A stretch of 64,000 nt of DNA from Ostrea edulis (lineage: Eukaryota), in the NCBI RefSeq assembly GCF_947568905.1, contig NC_079169.1, forward strand, positions 62,062,001 to 62,126,000. Reading direction: 5' to 3'. Below are positions 12,157 to 27,300 of this stretch, piece after piece. The notes below the pieces were generated by a model. The model ran no database searches. It worked only from the letters and a program-made list of their open reading frames with translations, and was not told the origin of the DNA. Both the position numbers and the translations under genes were made by a program. Within the stretch, counting starts at the first letter, position 1; each line of letters begins with the position of its first letter.

Positions 12157-12539
12157 ATTATTATACCCCCCTCTGAAGGGGCCATGTTTTCACCTGTTGG
12201 TATGTAGACCAAGTCTTGTCTGCTTGGTATCTAAAGAATCCTTTGCTTGACAGTTACTATTGGTACAGTGGTTGCCCCTAGAGACTAGAGGACCCCTATT
12301 GAATTTCAGGTCACAAAGTCAAAGGGCAAGGGTACGTCTCTTGGTCTGTAGACCAAGTTTTGTTGACTCAATATTTAAAGAACCTTTTGCTTGACAATTA
12401 ACAAACTTTGCACAGTTGTTGACCTTAGCCAATAGATGACTCCTATTGATTCTCGGGTCACAAGGTCAAAGGACAAACTGAACATTATAACGTATTTTCT
12501 GTATAACATCTTAAGAATGCTTTGCTTGACAGATATCAA
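12157..12539 (+). mobile_element. Truncated HINE-like element with ~2.5 monomers (135-147 bp), fused directly to the mucin repeats
   Basis: Start ttataccccc…gaaggggcc; tttgcttgaca recurs at 12242, 12386 and 12521; ggtcaca(a)(a/g)gtcaaagg at ~12309 and ~12456; no 3' terminus. Confidence 0.6.
12521..12532 (+). other. Candidate 3' splice acceptor of the giant exon (tttgcttgacAG|ata)
   Basis: Short pyrimidine tract plus CAG immediately after the last in-frame stop; this gives phase 0. An alternative phase-1 AG lies at 12541-12542. Confidence 0.45.
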
Positions 12540-15500
12540 CAGAAGCTGCCACAACTGAAACTAAAACCACAACATTATCTGCAAATGCAACTACAGCTGC
12601 AACCACAACAGAAGCTGCAACTACAACAAAGGCCATAACAACTGAATCTGCAGCCACAACACAAGTTGTAACCACAACATTAGCTGCAACCACAACTGAA
12701 GCTGAATACACAACTGAAACTACAACAGAAGCTGTTGCAGAAGCTGCAACCACAGCTGAAGTTCCAACCATAACATTAACTGCAACAATAGATGCCACAA
12801 CCACAAAAGAAGCTGCAAACACAACAAAAGGTTCAACCACAACAGAAACTGCAACAGAGCCTCCAACCACAACTGAAGCTGAAACCACATCTGCAACCAC
12901 AAGTGAAGCTTCAATGACAACTGAAGCTGCAACTACTACAGAAGCTGCTACCACAACAGAAGCTGCAAACACAAAAGAAGCTGCTTCCACAACAGAACCT
13001 GCAACCACAACAGAAGCTGCAACAACAACAAAAGCAGCTACCACAAGTGAAGCTACAACCACAACAGAAGATGCAACCACAACAGAAGCTGCTACCACAA
13101 CAAAAGCGGCAACCACAACAGAAACTGCAACCACAACAGAAGCTACAACAACAACAGAAGCAGCTACCACAACAGAAGCTGCAACCACAGAAACTGCTAC
13201 CACAACAGAAGCTGCAACCACAACAGAAACTGTTACCACACCAGAAGCTGCTACCACACCAGAAGCTGCTACCACAACAGAAACTGCAACCACAACAGAA
13301 ACTGAAACCACAACAGAAACTGGTACCACAACAGAAGCTGCTACCACAACAGAAGCTGATACTAAAACAGAAGCTGCAACTAAAACGGAAGCTGCAACCA
13401 CAACAGAAACTGTAACCACAACAGAAGCTGCAACTACAACAGAACCTGCTACCATAACAGAAGCTGCAACCACAACAGAAGCTGAAACAGCAGCTGCAAC
13501 TACAACAGAACCTGCTACCACAACAAAAGCTGCAACCACAACAGAAGTTGTAACCACAACAGAAACTGCAACCACAACTGAACCTGCAACCACAACAGAA
13601 GCTGCAACAACAACAAAAGCAGCTACCACAAGTGAAGCTACAACCACAACAGAAGATGCAACCACAACAGAAGCTGCTACCACAACAGAAGCTGCAACCA
13701 CAACAGAAACTGAAACCACAACTGAAGCTAAAACTACAACTGAAACAGCAACCACAACAGAAGCGGCAACAATGACAGAAGCTGCTACCACAACGGAAGC
13801 TGCTACCACAACGGAAGCTGCTACCACAACGGAAGCTGCAACCACAACAGAAACTGCAACCACAACAGAACCTGCTACCACAACAGAAGCTGAAACCAAA
13901 ACAGAAGCTGAAACAGCAGCTGCAACCACAACAGAAGTTGTAACCACAACAGAAACTACAACCACAACTGAAGCTGCAACTACAACAGAAGCTGCAACCA
14001 CAACTGAAGATGCAAGCACAACTGAAGCTAAAATTACAACTGAAACAGGAACCACAACAGAAGCAGTAACAATGACAGAAGCTGCAACCACAACGGAAGC
14101 TGCTACCACAAAAGAAGCTGCAACCACAACTGAATCTGCAACCACAACAGAAGCTGCTACCACAACAGAAGATGCTACCACAACAGAAACTGTAACCACA
14201 ACAGAAGCTGCAACTACAACAGAACCTGCTACCATAACAGAAGCTGCAACCACAACAGAAGCTGAAACAGAACTTGCAACCACGACAGAAGCTGCAACCA
14301 CAACAGAAACTGCTACCACAACAGAAGCTGCAACCACAACAGAAGCTGCAACCACAACTGAAGCTGCAACCACAACAGAAACTGCAACAACAGAAGTAGC
14401 TACCACAACAACAGCTTCAACCACAACTGAAGCTGCTACCACAACAGAAGCTGCAACCAGAACAGAAGCTGGTACCATAACAGAAGCTTCTACCACAACA
14501 GAAGCTGCTACCACAACAGAAGCTGCTACCACAACAGAAACTGAAACCACAACAGATGCTGCTACCACAACAGAAGGTGCAACCACAACAGAAGCTGTAA
14601 TAACAGCATTAGCTGAAACCACAACTGTGACTGCAACTAGAACTGAATCTGCAACAAATGCTGTAACCACAACTGAAACTGCTACCACAACTTTAGCTGC
14701 AACCACAGCAAATGTTGCAACCACAACTGAAGCTGAAACCAGAACAGAAGCTGCTACCATGACAGAAGCTGCTACCACAACAGAAGCTGCTACCACAACA
14801 GAACCTGCAACCACAACAGAGGTTGGAACCACAACAGAAGATGCAACCAGAACAGAAGCTGCTAACACAACAGAAACTCAAACCACAACAGAAACTGCTA
14901 CCACAACAGAAGCTGCTACCACAACAGAAACTGCAACCACAACAGAAGCTGCAACCACAACCGAAGGAGCTACCAGAACAGAATCTGCAAAGAGAACAGA
15001 AGCTGCTACCACAATGGAAGCTGCAACCACAACAGCAGCTGAAACCACAACAGAAACTGCTACCACAACAGAAGCTGCTATCACAACAGAAGCTGCTACC
15101 ACAACAGAAGGTGCTACCACAACAGAAGCTGTAACAACAGCATTAGCTGAAACCACAACTGTGACTGCAACTAGAACTGAATCTGCAACACATGCTGTAA
15201 CCACAACAGAAGCTGCTACCACAACACAAGCTGGTAACAAAACTGAAGCTGCAATCACAACAGAAGCTGTAACTGAAACTGCAACAGAGGTTGTAACCAC
15301 TATTGATGCTGCAACAGAAGCTGCAACTACAACTAAAGCTCCAACCATAACTAAAGCTGCCACAACTGAAGTTTTCACTACAACAAAAGTTACTACAACT
15401 GCAGGTGCTACTACAACTTTAACTGCAACCACATCATTAGCTGCAGCCACAACTGAAGCTGCAACCACAACAGAAGCTGCAACCACATCATTAGTTGCAA

Positions 15501-18500
15501 CCACAACTGAAGCTGCTACCAAAAGTGAACCTGCAACTACAACAAAAGCTACAACCACAAATGGATCTGTAACCACATCTGAACCTGGAACTACAACAGA
15601 AGCTGCAACCACAACTGAATCTGCAATCACAACAGAAGCTGCAACTACAACTGAAGCTGCTACCAAAACTGAAGCTGCAACCACAACTGAAGCTGCAACT
15701 AAAACTGAAATTGCAACAGAGGCTGCAACCACTATTGATGCTTCCACAGAAGCTGGAACTACAACTAAAGCTCCAACTACAACTGAAGCTGCAACAACAG
15801 AAGTTTTTGCTATAAGAGAAGTTGCTACAAATGAAACTACTACCACAACTTTAGCTCCAACAACAGCAGAAGCTGCAACCACATCATTAGCTGCAACCAC
15901 AACAGAAGCTGTAACCACATCATTAGTTGCAACCACAACTGAAGCTACAATCACAACAGAAGCTGCAACTGAAACTGCAACAGAGGCTGCAACCACTATT
16001 GATGCTGCAGCAGAAGCTGCAACTACAACTAAAGCTCCAACCAAAACTGAACTTGGAACTACAACAGAAGCTACAACCACAAATGAATCTTCTGAACCTG
16101 CAACTACAACAGAAGCTGCAACCACAAATGGATCTGTAACCACATCTGAACCTGCAACTACAACTGAAACTGCAACAGAGGCTGCAACCACTATTGATGC
16201 TTCCACAGAAACTGCAACTACAACTAAAGCTCTAACCACAACTGAAGCTGCAACAACTGAAATTTTTACTACAATAGAAGTTGCTACAACTGAAACTGCT
16301 ACAGCAACCTTAGCTGTAACTACAACAGAAGCTGCAACCACATCATTAGCTGCAACTACAACTGAAACTGCTACCAGAACTGAAGCTGCAATCACAACAG
16401 AAGCTGCAACTGAAACTGCAACAGAGGTTGCAACCAGTATTGATGCTGCAACAGAAGTTGCAACTACAACTAAAGCTCCAACCACAGCTGAAGCTGCAAC
16501 AACAGAAGTTTTTACTACAGCAAACGTTACTACAACTGAAACTGCTACCACAACAAAAGCTACAACCACAAATGGATCTGTAACCACATCTGAACCTGCA
16601 ACTACAACAGAAGCTGCAACCACAACTGAAGCTGCGACCACAATAGAAGCTGCAACTACAACTGCAACTGCAACAGAGGCTGAAAACACCATTGATGCTT
16701 CCACAGAAGATGCAACTACAACTAAAGCTCCAACCACAGCTGAAGCTGCAACAACAGAAGTTTTTACTACAACAAAAGTTACTACAACTGAAACTGCTAC
16801 CACAACAGAAGCTGCAACCACAACAGAAGCTGCAACCACATCATTATTTGCAACCACAACTGAAAATGCTACCAAAAATGAAGCTGCAATCACAACAGAA
16901 GATTCAACTGAAACTGCAACAGAGGCTGCAATCACTATTGATGCTGCAGCAGAAGATGCAACTACAACACAAGCTGCAACCACAAATGGATCTGTAACCA
17001 AATCTGAACCTGCAACTACAACAGAAGCTGCAACCACAACAGAAGCTGCAACCACAACTGAAGTTGCAACCACAACAGAAGCTACTACAAAAACTGAAGC
17101 TTCAATCAAAACAGAAGCTGCAACCACAACTGAAGATACAATTAGAACAGAAACTGCAACCACAAATGGTTCTGCAATCACAACTGAACCTGCAACTACA
17201 ACAGACGCTGCAACCACAACTGAAGCTGCAACCACAACAGAAGCTGTAACCACATCATTAGTTGCAACGACAACTGAAGCTGTAACTGCAACTGAAGCTG
17301 CAACCACAACTGAAGCTGCATCTACAACTGAAGCTGCATCTACAACAGAAGTTGTAACCACAGCAGAATCAGCCACCACAACACAAGCTGCAACCACAAC
17401 AGAAAGTGCAACCACAACTGAAAATACAATTACAACAGAAGCTGCAACCACAAATGGTTCTGCAAGCACAACTAAACCTTCAACCACAGCAGAATCTGCC
17501 AACACAACACGAGCAGCAACTACAACAGAAGGTGTAACCACAACAGAAGCTGTAACAACAGCATTAGCTGAAACCACAACTGTGACTGCAACTAGAACTG
17601 AATCTGCAACACATGCTGTAACCACAACTGAAGCTGCAACAACAACAGAAATTTTTACTACAAAGGAAGTTGCTACAACTGAAGCTCTAAATACAACTAA
17701 GGCTTCTACCACATCATTAGCTGCTACCACAACTGAAGAAACAACTATAACTGAAACTGCTACCTTAACTGAAGCTGTAACCACAAAAGAAGCTGCAACC
17801 ACAACTGAAGCTTCAACTACAATGGAAACTGCAACCACAACAAAAGCTGCATCTACAACAGAAGCTGTGACAACAGAAGCTGCCACAACTGAAACTGCAA
17901 CCACAACATTATCTACAACCACAAAAGAAGCCGCAAACACATCTGACGCTGCAATTACAACAACTGCAACAGAGGCTTCAATGACAACTGTGGCTGCAAC
18001 CACAAGTGAAGTTGCAACAATAACTGAGGCTACAATAGAGACTGCAAGCACTACTGAGGCTGCAACAGAAGCTGCAACTAAAACACAAGCAGCAACTACA
18101 AGTGAAACAGCGTTCATAAATGAATTTTTAACCACAACAGAAGCTGCAACCACAACTGAACCTGCAACCACAATTGAAGATACAACAACAGAAGCTGCAA
18201 ACACAACAAAGGCTGTCACAACTGAAACTGCAACTACAACTGAAGATGCAACCACAACTGAACATACAATTACAACAAAAGCTTCAACCACAAATGCATC
18301 TGTAACTACATCTGAACCTGCAACTACAACAGAAGCTGCAACCACAACTGAAGCTGTAACCATAACTGAAGCTGTGACCACAACTGAACTTTCATATACA
18401 ACAGAAGCTGGAGACACGGCAGAATCAGCCACCACAACACAAGCTGCACCCATAACAGAAGGTGCAACCACAACTGAAGATACAATTACAACAGAAACTG

Positions 18501-21350
18501 CAACCACAAATGGTTCTGCAATCACAACTGAACCTTCAACCACAGCAGAATCTGCCAACACAACACGAGCAGCAACTACAACAGAAGGTTCAACAACAAC
18601 AGAAGCTGTAACAACAGCATTAGCTGAAACCACAACTGTGACTGCAACTAGAACTGAATCTGCAACACATGCTGTAACCACAACAGAAGCTGCTACCACA
18701 ACACAAGCTGGTAACAAAACTGAAGCTGCAATCACAACAGAAACTGCAACTAAAATTGCAACAGAGGCTGCAACCACTATTGATGCTTCCACAGAAGTTG
18801 CAACTACAACTAAAGCTCCAACTACAACTGAAGCTGCAACAACAGAAGTTTTTACTACAACAGAAGTTGCTACAACTGAAACTGCTACCACAACTTTAGC
18901 TGCAACCACAACAGAAGCTGCAACCACATCATTAGCTGCAACTACAACTGAAGCTGCTACCACAACAGAAGCTGCAACCACATCATTAGTTGCAACCACA
19001 ACTGAAGCTGCTACCAAAACTGAAGCTGCAATCACAACAGAAGCTGCAACTGAAACTGCAACAGAGGTTGAAACCACTATTGATGCTGCAACAGAAGCTG
19101 AAACTACAACTAAAGCTCCAACCACAACTGAAGCTGCAACAACAGAAGTTTTTACTACAACAAAAGTTACTACAACTGAAACTGTTACCACAACTTTAGC
19201 TGCAATCACAGCAGAAGGTGCAACCACATCATTAGCTGCAGCCACAACTGAAGCTGCAACCACAACAGAAGCTGCAACCACATCATTAGTTGCTACCACA
19301 ACTGAAGCTGCTACCAAAACTGAAGCTGTAATCACAACAGAAGATGCAACTGAAATTGCAACAGAGGCTGCAACCACTATTGATACTGCAGCAGAAGCTG
19401 CAACTACAACTAAAGCTCCAACCATAGCTGAAGCTGCAACAACAACAGACATTTTTACTACAACAGAAGTTGCTACAATTGAAGCTCCAAATACAACTGA
19501 AGCTTCTACCACATCATTAGCTGCTACCACAACTGAAGCAGCAACTATAACTGAAACTGCTACCGTAACTGAAGCTGTAACCACAACTGAATCTTCAACT
19601 ACAATGGAAACTGGAATCACAACACAAGCTGCATCTACAACAGAAGCTATTACAGAAGCCGTGACAACAGAAGCTACCACAACTGAAATTGCAACCACAA
19701 CAATATCTGCAACCACAAAAGAAGCTGCAAACACATCTGACGCTGCAATTACAACAACTGCAACAGAGGCTTCAATGACAACTGAGGCTGCAACCACAAG
19801 TGAAGTTGCAACAATAACTGAAGCTACAATAGAGACTGCAAACACTATTGAGGCTGCAACAGAAGCTGCAACTAAAACACAAGCGACGACTACAAGTGAA
19901 ACAGCGTTCACAACTGAATTTTTCACCACAACAGAAGCTGCAACCACAACAGACTATGCAACCACAGCTGAAGCTGCAACCACAATTGAAGGTACAACCA
20001 CAACAGAAACTGCAAACACAACTAAAGCTGTCACAACTGAAACTGCAACCACAACTGAAGATGCAACCATAATAGAAGATGCAACCACAACTGAAGATAC
20101 AATTACAACAGAAGCTTCAACCACAAATGGATCTGCAATCACAACAGAAGCTTCAACCACAAATGGATCTGCAGTCACAACTGAACCTGCAACCACAGCA
20201 GAATCTATCAACACAACACAAGCTGCAAGTAAAACAGAAGGTGCAACCACAACAGAAGCTGTAACAACAGCATTAGCTGAAACCACAACTGTGACTGCAA
20301 CTAGAACTGAATCTGCAACACATGCTGTAACCACAACAGAAGCTGCTACCACAACACAAGCTGGTAACAAAACTGAAGCTGCAATCACAACAGAAGCAGT
20401 AACTACAATTGAAACTGTAACTACAACAGAAGCTTTAACAGCAACAAAAGCTGCTACCATTACTAAAGCTGCAACCACAATTGAAGCTACAACCACAACA
20501 GAAGATGCGAACACCACTGCAACTGTTACAACAGAAGCTGCAACCACAGCTGAAGATGCAACCACAACAGAAGCTGTAACCACAACTGAAGCTGCAACCA
20601 CAACTGAAGGTGCAGCCACAAATGGATCTTCAACCACAACTGAACCTGCAACCACAAATGGTTCTACAAACACAACTGAACCTGCAACCACAGCAGAATC
20701 TGCCAACACAACACGCACAGCAACTACAACAGAAGGTGCAGCCACAACAGAAGCTGTAACAACAGCATTAGCTGAAACCACAACTGTGACTGCAACTAGA
20801 ACTGAATCTGCAACACATGCTGTAACCACAACAGAAACTGATACCACAACTTTAGCTGCAATCACAGCAGAAGCTGCAACCACATCATTAGCTGCAGCCA
20901 CAACTGAAGCTGCAACCACAACAGAAGCTGCAACCACATCATTAGTTGCTACCACAACTCAAGCTGGTAACAAAACTGAAGCTGCAATCACAACAGAAGC
21001 TGCAACTAAAACTGCAACTGCAACAGAGGCTGCAACCACTATTGATGCTTCAACAGAAGCTGCAACTACAACTAAAGCTCCAACCACAACTGAAGCTGAA
21101 ACAACAACAGAAATTTTTACTACAACAGAAGTTGCTACAACAGAAGCTCCAAATACAACTGAAGCTTCTACCACATCATTAGCTGCTACCACAACTGAAG
21201 CAGCAACCACAACTGAAGCTACAACCATCACTGAAGCTCCAAACACAACTAATGCTGCAACTACAATTGAAACTGTAACTACAGCAGAAGCTTTAACAGC
21301 AACAAAAGTTGCTACCATTACTAAAGCTGCAACCACAATTGAAGCTAAAA
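12533..21350 (+). repeat. N-terminal flanking domain of the mucin exon: degenerate TEAATT repeats with LAETTTVTATRTESAT markers and NGS/NKT/NTT sequons
   Basis: Six copies of the gcattagctgaaaccacaactgtgactgcaactaga marker (~14606, 15140, 17561, 18617, 20270, 20765) and many TNGS motifs. Confidence 0.75.
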
Positions 21351-24300
21351 CTACAACTGAAGCAGCAACCACAACAGAAGCGGTAACAACGACAGAAGCT
21401 GCAACCACAACGGAAGCTGCAACCACAACAGAAGCTGCAACCATAACTGAAGCTGCAACCAGAACAGAAGCTGCAAACACGACAGAAACTACAACCACAA
21501 CAGAAGCTGCTACCACAACAGAAGCTGCAACCACAACAGAAGATGCAATCACAACAGAAGGAGCTACCACAACAGAAGCTGCTACCACAACAGAAGGTGA
21601 AACTACAACTGAATATGCAACACATGCTGTAACCACAACTGAAACTGCTACCACAACTTTAGTTGCAACCACAGCAGAATCTCCAACCACAACTGAAGCT
21701 GCAACCAGAACAGAAACTGCAACCACGAAAGAAGCTGCAACTACGATAGAAACTGCAACCACGACAGAAGTTGCTACCACAACAGAAGCTGCAACCACAA
21801 CAGAAGCTGCAACCACAAAAGAAACTGAAACCACAATAGAAACAGCTACCACAAGTGAAGCTGCAATGACAACTGAAGCTGCAACTACTACAGAAGCTGC
21901 TACCACAACAGAAACTGAAACCACAACAGAAACTGCTACCACAACAGAAGCTGCTACCACAACAGAAGCTGCAACCACAACCAAAGCTCCAACTACAACA
22001 GAAGCTGCAACTAAAACGGAAGCTCCTACCACAACGGAAGCTGCAACCATCACAGAACCTGCTACCATAACAGAAGCTACAACCACAACAGAAGCTGAAA
22101 CAGAACTTGCAACCACAACAGAACCTGCTACCACAACAAAAGCTGCAACCACAACAGAAGCTGTAACCACAACAGAAACTACAACCACAACTGAAGCTGC
22201 AACTACAACAGAAGCTGCAACCACAACTGAAGCTGCAAGCACAACTGAAGCTGCAACCACAACTGAAACGGCAACCACAACAGAAACTGCAACCACAACA
22301 GAAACTTCAACCACAACAGAAGCTGCAACTACAACTGAATCTGCAACACATGCTGTAACCACAACTGAAACTGCTACCACAACTTTAGTTGCAACCACAG
22401 CAGAATCTCCAACCACAACTGAAGCTGCAACCAGAACAGAAACTGCAACCACGAAAGAAGCTGCAACTACGATAGAAACTGCAACCACGACAGAAGCTGC
22501 AACCACAACAGAAACTGCAACCACAACAGAAGCTGCTACCACAACAGAAGGTGCAACTACAACTGAATCTGCAACACATGCTATAATCACAACTGAAACT
22601 GCTACCACAACTTTAGCTGCAACAACAGAAGCTACTACAACAGAAGCTGCTACCACAACAGAACCTGCAACCACAACAGATCCTGCAACCACAACAGATC
22701 CTGCAACCACAATAGAAGTTGCAACCATAATAAAAGTTGCAACCACAACAGAAGCTGAAACCACAACAGAAACTGCTACCACAACAGAAACTGCTACCAC
22801 AACAGAACCTGCAACCACAACAGAAGCTGCAACCACAACAGAAGAAGCTACCACAACAGAAGGTGCAACCACAACAGAAGCTACGTCCACAACAGAAGCT
22901 GCTACTACAAAAGAAGCTGCTACCACAACAGAAACTTCTACCACAACAGAAGCTCTAACCACAACAGAACCTGCAACTACAACAGAAGCTGCAACCACAA
23001 CAGAAGCTGCTACCACAACAGAAGCTGCAACTACAACAGTAGCTGCAACCACAACAGAAGTGGTAACAACGGAAGCTTCAACCACAACTGAAGCTGCAAC
23101 CACAACAGAAGCTGCAACCACAAATGAAATTGCTTCCACAACTTTAGTTGGAACCACAGTAGAATCTACAACCACAACTGAAGCTGCAACCAGAACAGAA
23201 ACTGCAACCACGACAGAAGCTGCTACAAGAACAGAACCTGAAACCACGACAGAAGCTGCTACAAGAACAGAACCTGCAATGACAACAGAACCTGCAACGA
23301 CAACAGAAGCTGCAACCACAACAGAAGCTGCTACCACAACAGAAGCTGCAACCACAACAGAAACTGAAACCACAACAAAATCTGCAACCACAACAGAAGA
23401 AGCTACCACAACAGAAGGTGCAACCACAAGAGAAGCTTCGACCACAACAGAAGCTGCTACTACAACAGAAGCTGCTACCACAGAAGAAGCTGCAACCACA
23501 ACTGAAGCTTCAACGAGAAGAGAAACTGCAACCATCACAGAAGCTGCAACCACGATAGAAAATGCATCTTCGACAGAAGCTGCTACCACAACAGAACCTG
23601 CAATCACAACAGAAGCTGATACCACAACAGAAGCTGATACCACAACAGAAGCTGCAAACACAACAGAAACTGCAACTATGACAGAAGCTTCAACTACAAC
23701 AGAAACTGCAACTACAACAGAAGCTGATACCACAATCGAAGCTGCAAGCAAAACAGAAGCTGCAACCACAACAGAAGCTGCAACTACAACAAAACCTGCT
23801 ACCATAACAAAAGCTGCAACCACAACAGAAGCTGAAACAGAAGCTGCAACTACAACAGAACTTGTAACCACAACAGAACCTTGTACCACAACAAAAGCTG
23901 AAACCACAACACAAACTGCTACCACAACAGAACCTGATACCACAACAGAAACTGCAACCACAACAGAAGCTGCTACAACAACTGAAGCTGCAACCACAAC
24001 AGAAGCTCATACCACAACAGAAGCTGCTACCACAACAGAAACTGCAACCCCAACACAAGCTGCAACGACAGCAGTAGCTGCTACCACAACAGAAGCTTCA
24101 ACCACAACAGAAGCTGGTACCACAACAGAAGCTGCACTTACAACTGAAGTTGCAACTACTACAGAAGCTGCAACTACAACAGTAGCGACCACCACAACAG
24201 AAGCGGTAACAACAGAAGCTGGAACAACAATGGAAGCTACAACCACAACAGAAGCTGCAACCACAACTGAAACTGCTGCCACAACTTTAGCTGGAACCAC

Positions 24301-27300
24301 AGGAGAAGATACAACCACAACTGAAACTGCAACCAGAACAGAAACTGCAACCACGACAGAAGCTGCAACCACAGGAGAAGATACAACCACAACTGAAACT
24401 GCAACCAGAACAGAAACTGCAACCACGACAGAAGCTGCAACCACGACAGAAGCTGCAACCACGACAGAAGCTGCTACCACAACAGAACCTGCAACCACAA
24501 CAGAACCTGCAACCATGATAAAAGTTGCAACCACAACAGAAGCTTCAACCACAACAGAAGCTGCAACCACAACAGAAGCTGCTACCACAACAGAAGGTAC
24601 AACCACAACAGAAGCTGCGACCACAATAGAAGTTGCAACCACAACAGAAGCTGCAACCACAACACAAGCTGCAAGCACAACAGTAGCAGCTGCTTCCACA
24701 ACAGAAGCTCTAACCACAACAGAAACTGCAACCACAACAGAAGCTGCTACCACAAGAGAAGCTGCACTTACAACTGAAGCTGCAACTACAACAGAAGCTG
24801 CAACAACAACTGAAGCTGAAACTACAACAGAAACTGAAACCACAACAGAAGCTGGAACCACAACAGAAACTGCAACTACGACAGAAGCTCCAACTACAAC
24901 TGAAGCTGCAACTACAACAGAAGCTTCTACCACAACGGAAGCTACCACCACAACAGAAGCTGCTACCACAATAGAAGCTGCAACCACAACAGAAACTGCA
25001 ACCACAACAGAAGCTGCTACCACAACAGAAGCTGCAACTACAACTGAATCTGCAACACATGCTGTAACCACAACTGAAACTGCTACCACAACTTTAGTTG
25101 CAACCACAGTAGAATCTCCAACCACAACTGAAGCTGAAACCAGAACAGAAACTGCAACCACGAAAGAAGCTGCAACTACGATAGAAACTGCAACCACGAC
25201 AGAAGCTGCTACCACAACAGAAGCTGCAACCACAACAGAAACTGCAACCACAACAGAATCTGCTACCACAACAGAAGGTGCAACTACAACTGAATCTGCA
25301 ACACATGCTATAATCACAACTGAAACTGCTACCACAACTTTAGCCTCAACAACAGAAGCTACTACAACAGAAGCTGCTACCACAACAGAACCTGCAACCA
25401 CAACAGATCCTGCAACCACAACAGATCCTGCAACCACAATAGAAGTTGCAACCATAATAAAAGTTGCAACCACAACAGAAGCTGAAACCACAACAGAAAC
25501 TGAAAACACAACAGAAACTGCTACCACAACAGAAACTGCTACCACAACAGAACCTGCAACCACAACAGAAGCTGCAACCACAACAGAAGCTGCAACCACA
25601 ACAGAAGAAGCTACCACAACAGAAGGTGCAACCACAACAGAAGCTACGTCCACAACAGAAGCTGCTACTACAACAGAAGCTGCTACCACAACAGAAACTT
25701 CTACCACAACAGAAGCTCTAACCACAACAGAACCTGCAACTACAACAGAAGCTGCAACCACAACAGAAGAAGCTACCACAACAGAAGCTGCTACCACAAC
25801 AGAAGCTGCAACTACAACAGTAGCTGCAACCACAACAGAAGTGGTAAGAACGGAAGCTGCAACCACAACTGAAGCTGCAACCACAGCAGAAGCTGCAACC
25901 ACAAATGAAATTGCTTCCACAACTTTAGTTGGAACCACAGTAGAAGCTACAACCACAACTGAAGCTGCAACCAGAACAGAAACTGCAACCACGAAAGAAG
26001 CTGCTACAAGAACAGAACCTGAAACCACGACAGAAGCTGCTACAAGAACAGAACCTGCAACGACAAAAGAACCTGCAACGAGAACAGAAGCTGCAACCAC
26101 AACAGAAGCTGCTACCACAACAGAAGCTGCAACCACAACAGAAACTGAAACCACAACAAAATCTGCAACCACAACAGAAGAAGCTACCACAACAGAAGGT
26201 GCAACCACAAGAGAAGCTTTGACCACAAGAGAAGCTTCGACCACAACAGAAGCTGCTACTACAACAGAAGCTGCTACCACAGAAGAAGCTGCAACCACAA
26301 CTGAAGCTTCAACGACAACAGAAACTGCAACTATGACAGAAGCTGCAACTACAACAGAAACTGCAACTACAACAGAAGCTGATACCACAATCGAAGCTGC
26401 AAGCAAAACAGAAGCTGCAACCACAACAGAACCTGCTACCATAACAAAAGCTGCAACCACAACAGAAGCTGAAACAGAAGCTGCAACTACAACAGAAATT
26501 GCAACCACAACAGAACCTTCTACCACAACAAAAGCTGCAACCACAACAGAAGCTGTAACCACAACAGAAACTACAACCACAACTGAAGATGCAACTACAA
26601 TAGAAGCTGCAACCACAACTGAGGATGCAACAACAACCGAAGCTAAAACTACAACTGAAGGAGCAACCACAAAAGTAGCGGTAACAACAACAGAAACTGC
26701 AACAAGAACGGAAGCTGCAACAACATTAGCTGCAACCACAACTGAAACAGCTACCACAACTGAAACAGCTGCCACAACTTTAGCTGCAACCACAGCAGAA
26801 GCTGCAACCACAACTGAATCTTCAATCAGAACAGAAACTGCAACCACGACAGAAGCTGCAACCACGACAGAAACTGCTACCACGACAGAAAATGCAACCA
26901 CGACAGAAACTGCAACCACGACAGAACCTGCAACAACAACAGAAGCTGCAACCACAACTGAAGCTGAAACCACAACAGAAACTGCTACCACAATAGAAGC
27001 TGCTACCACAACAGAAGCTGCTACCACAACAGAAGCTGTAACCACAACAGAAACTGAAACCAGAAGAGAAGCTGCAACCACAACAGAAGCTGCTACCACA
27101 ACAGAAGCTACAACCACAACAGAAGCTGCTACAACAACAGAAGCTGCAACCACAACAGAAGCTGCTACCACAACAGAAGCTACAACCACAACAGAAGCTG
27201 CTACAACAACAGAAGCTGCAACCACAACACAAGCTGCAACCACAACAGTAGCAGCTGCTTCCACAACAGAAGCTCTAACCACAACAGAAGCTGCAACCAC

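Noticed and set aside
12914-12916. Met 12914 as the true start codon
   Set aside because: It lies ~127 codons inside the repeat, the frame is open upstream, and no signal peptide follows.
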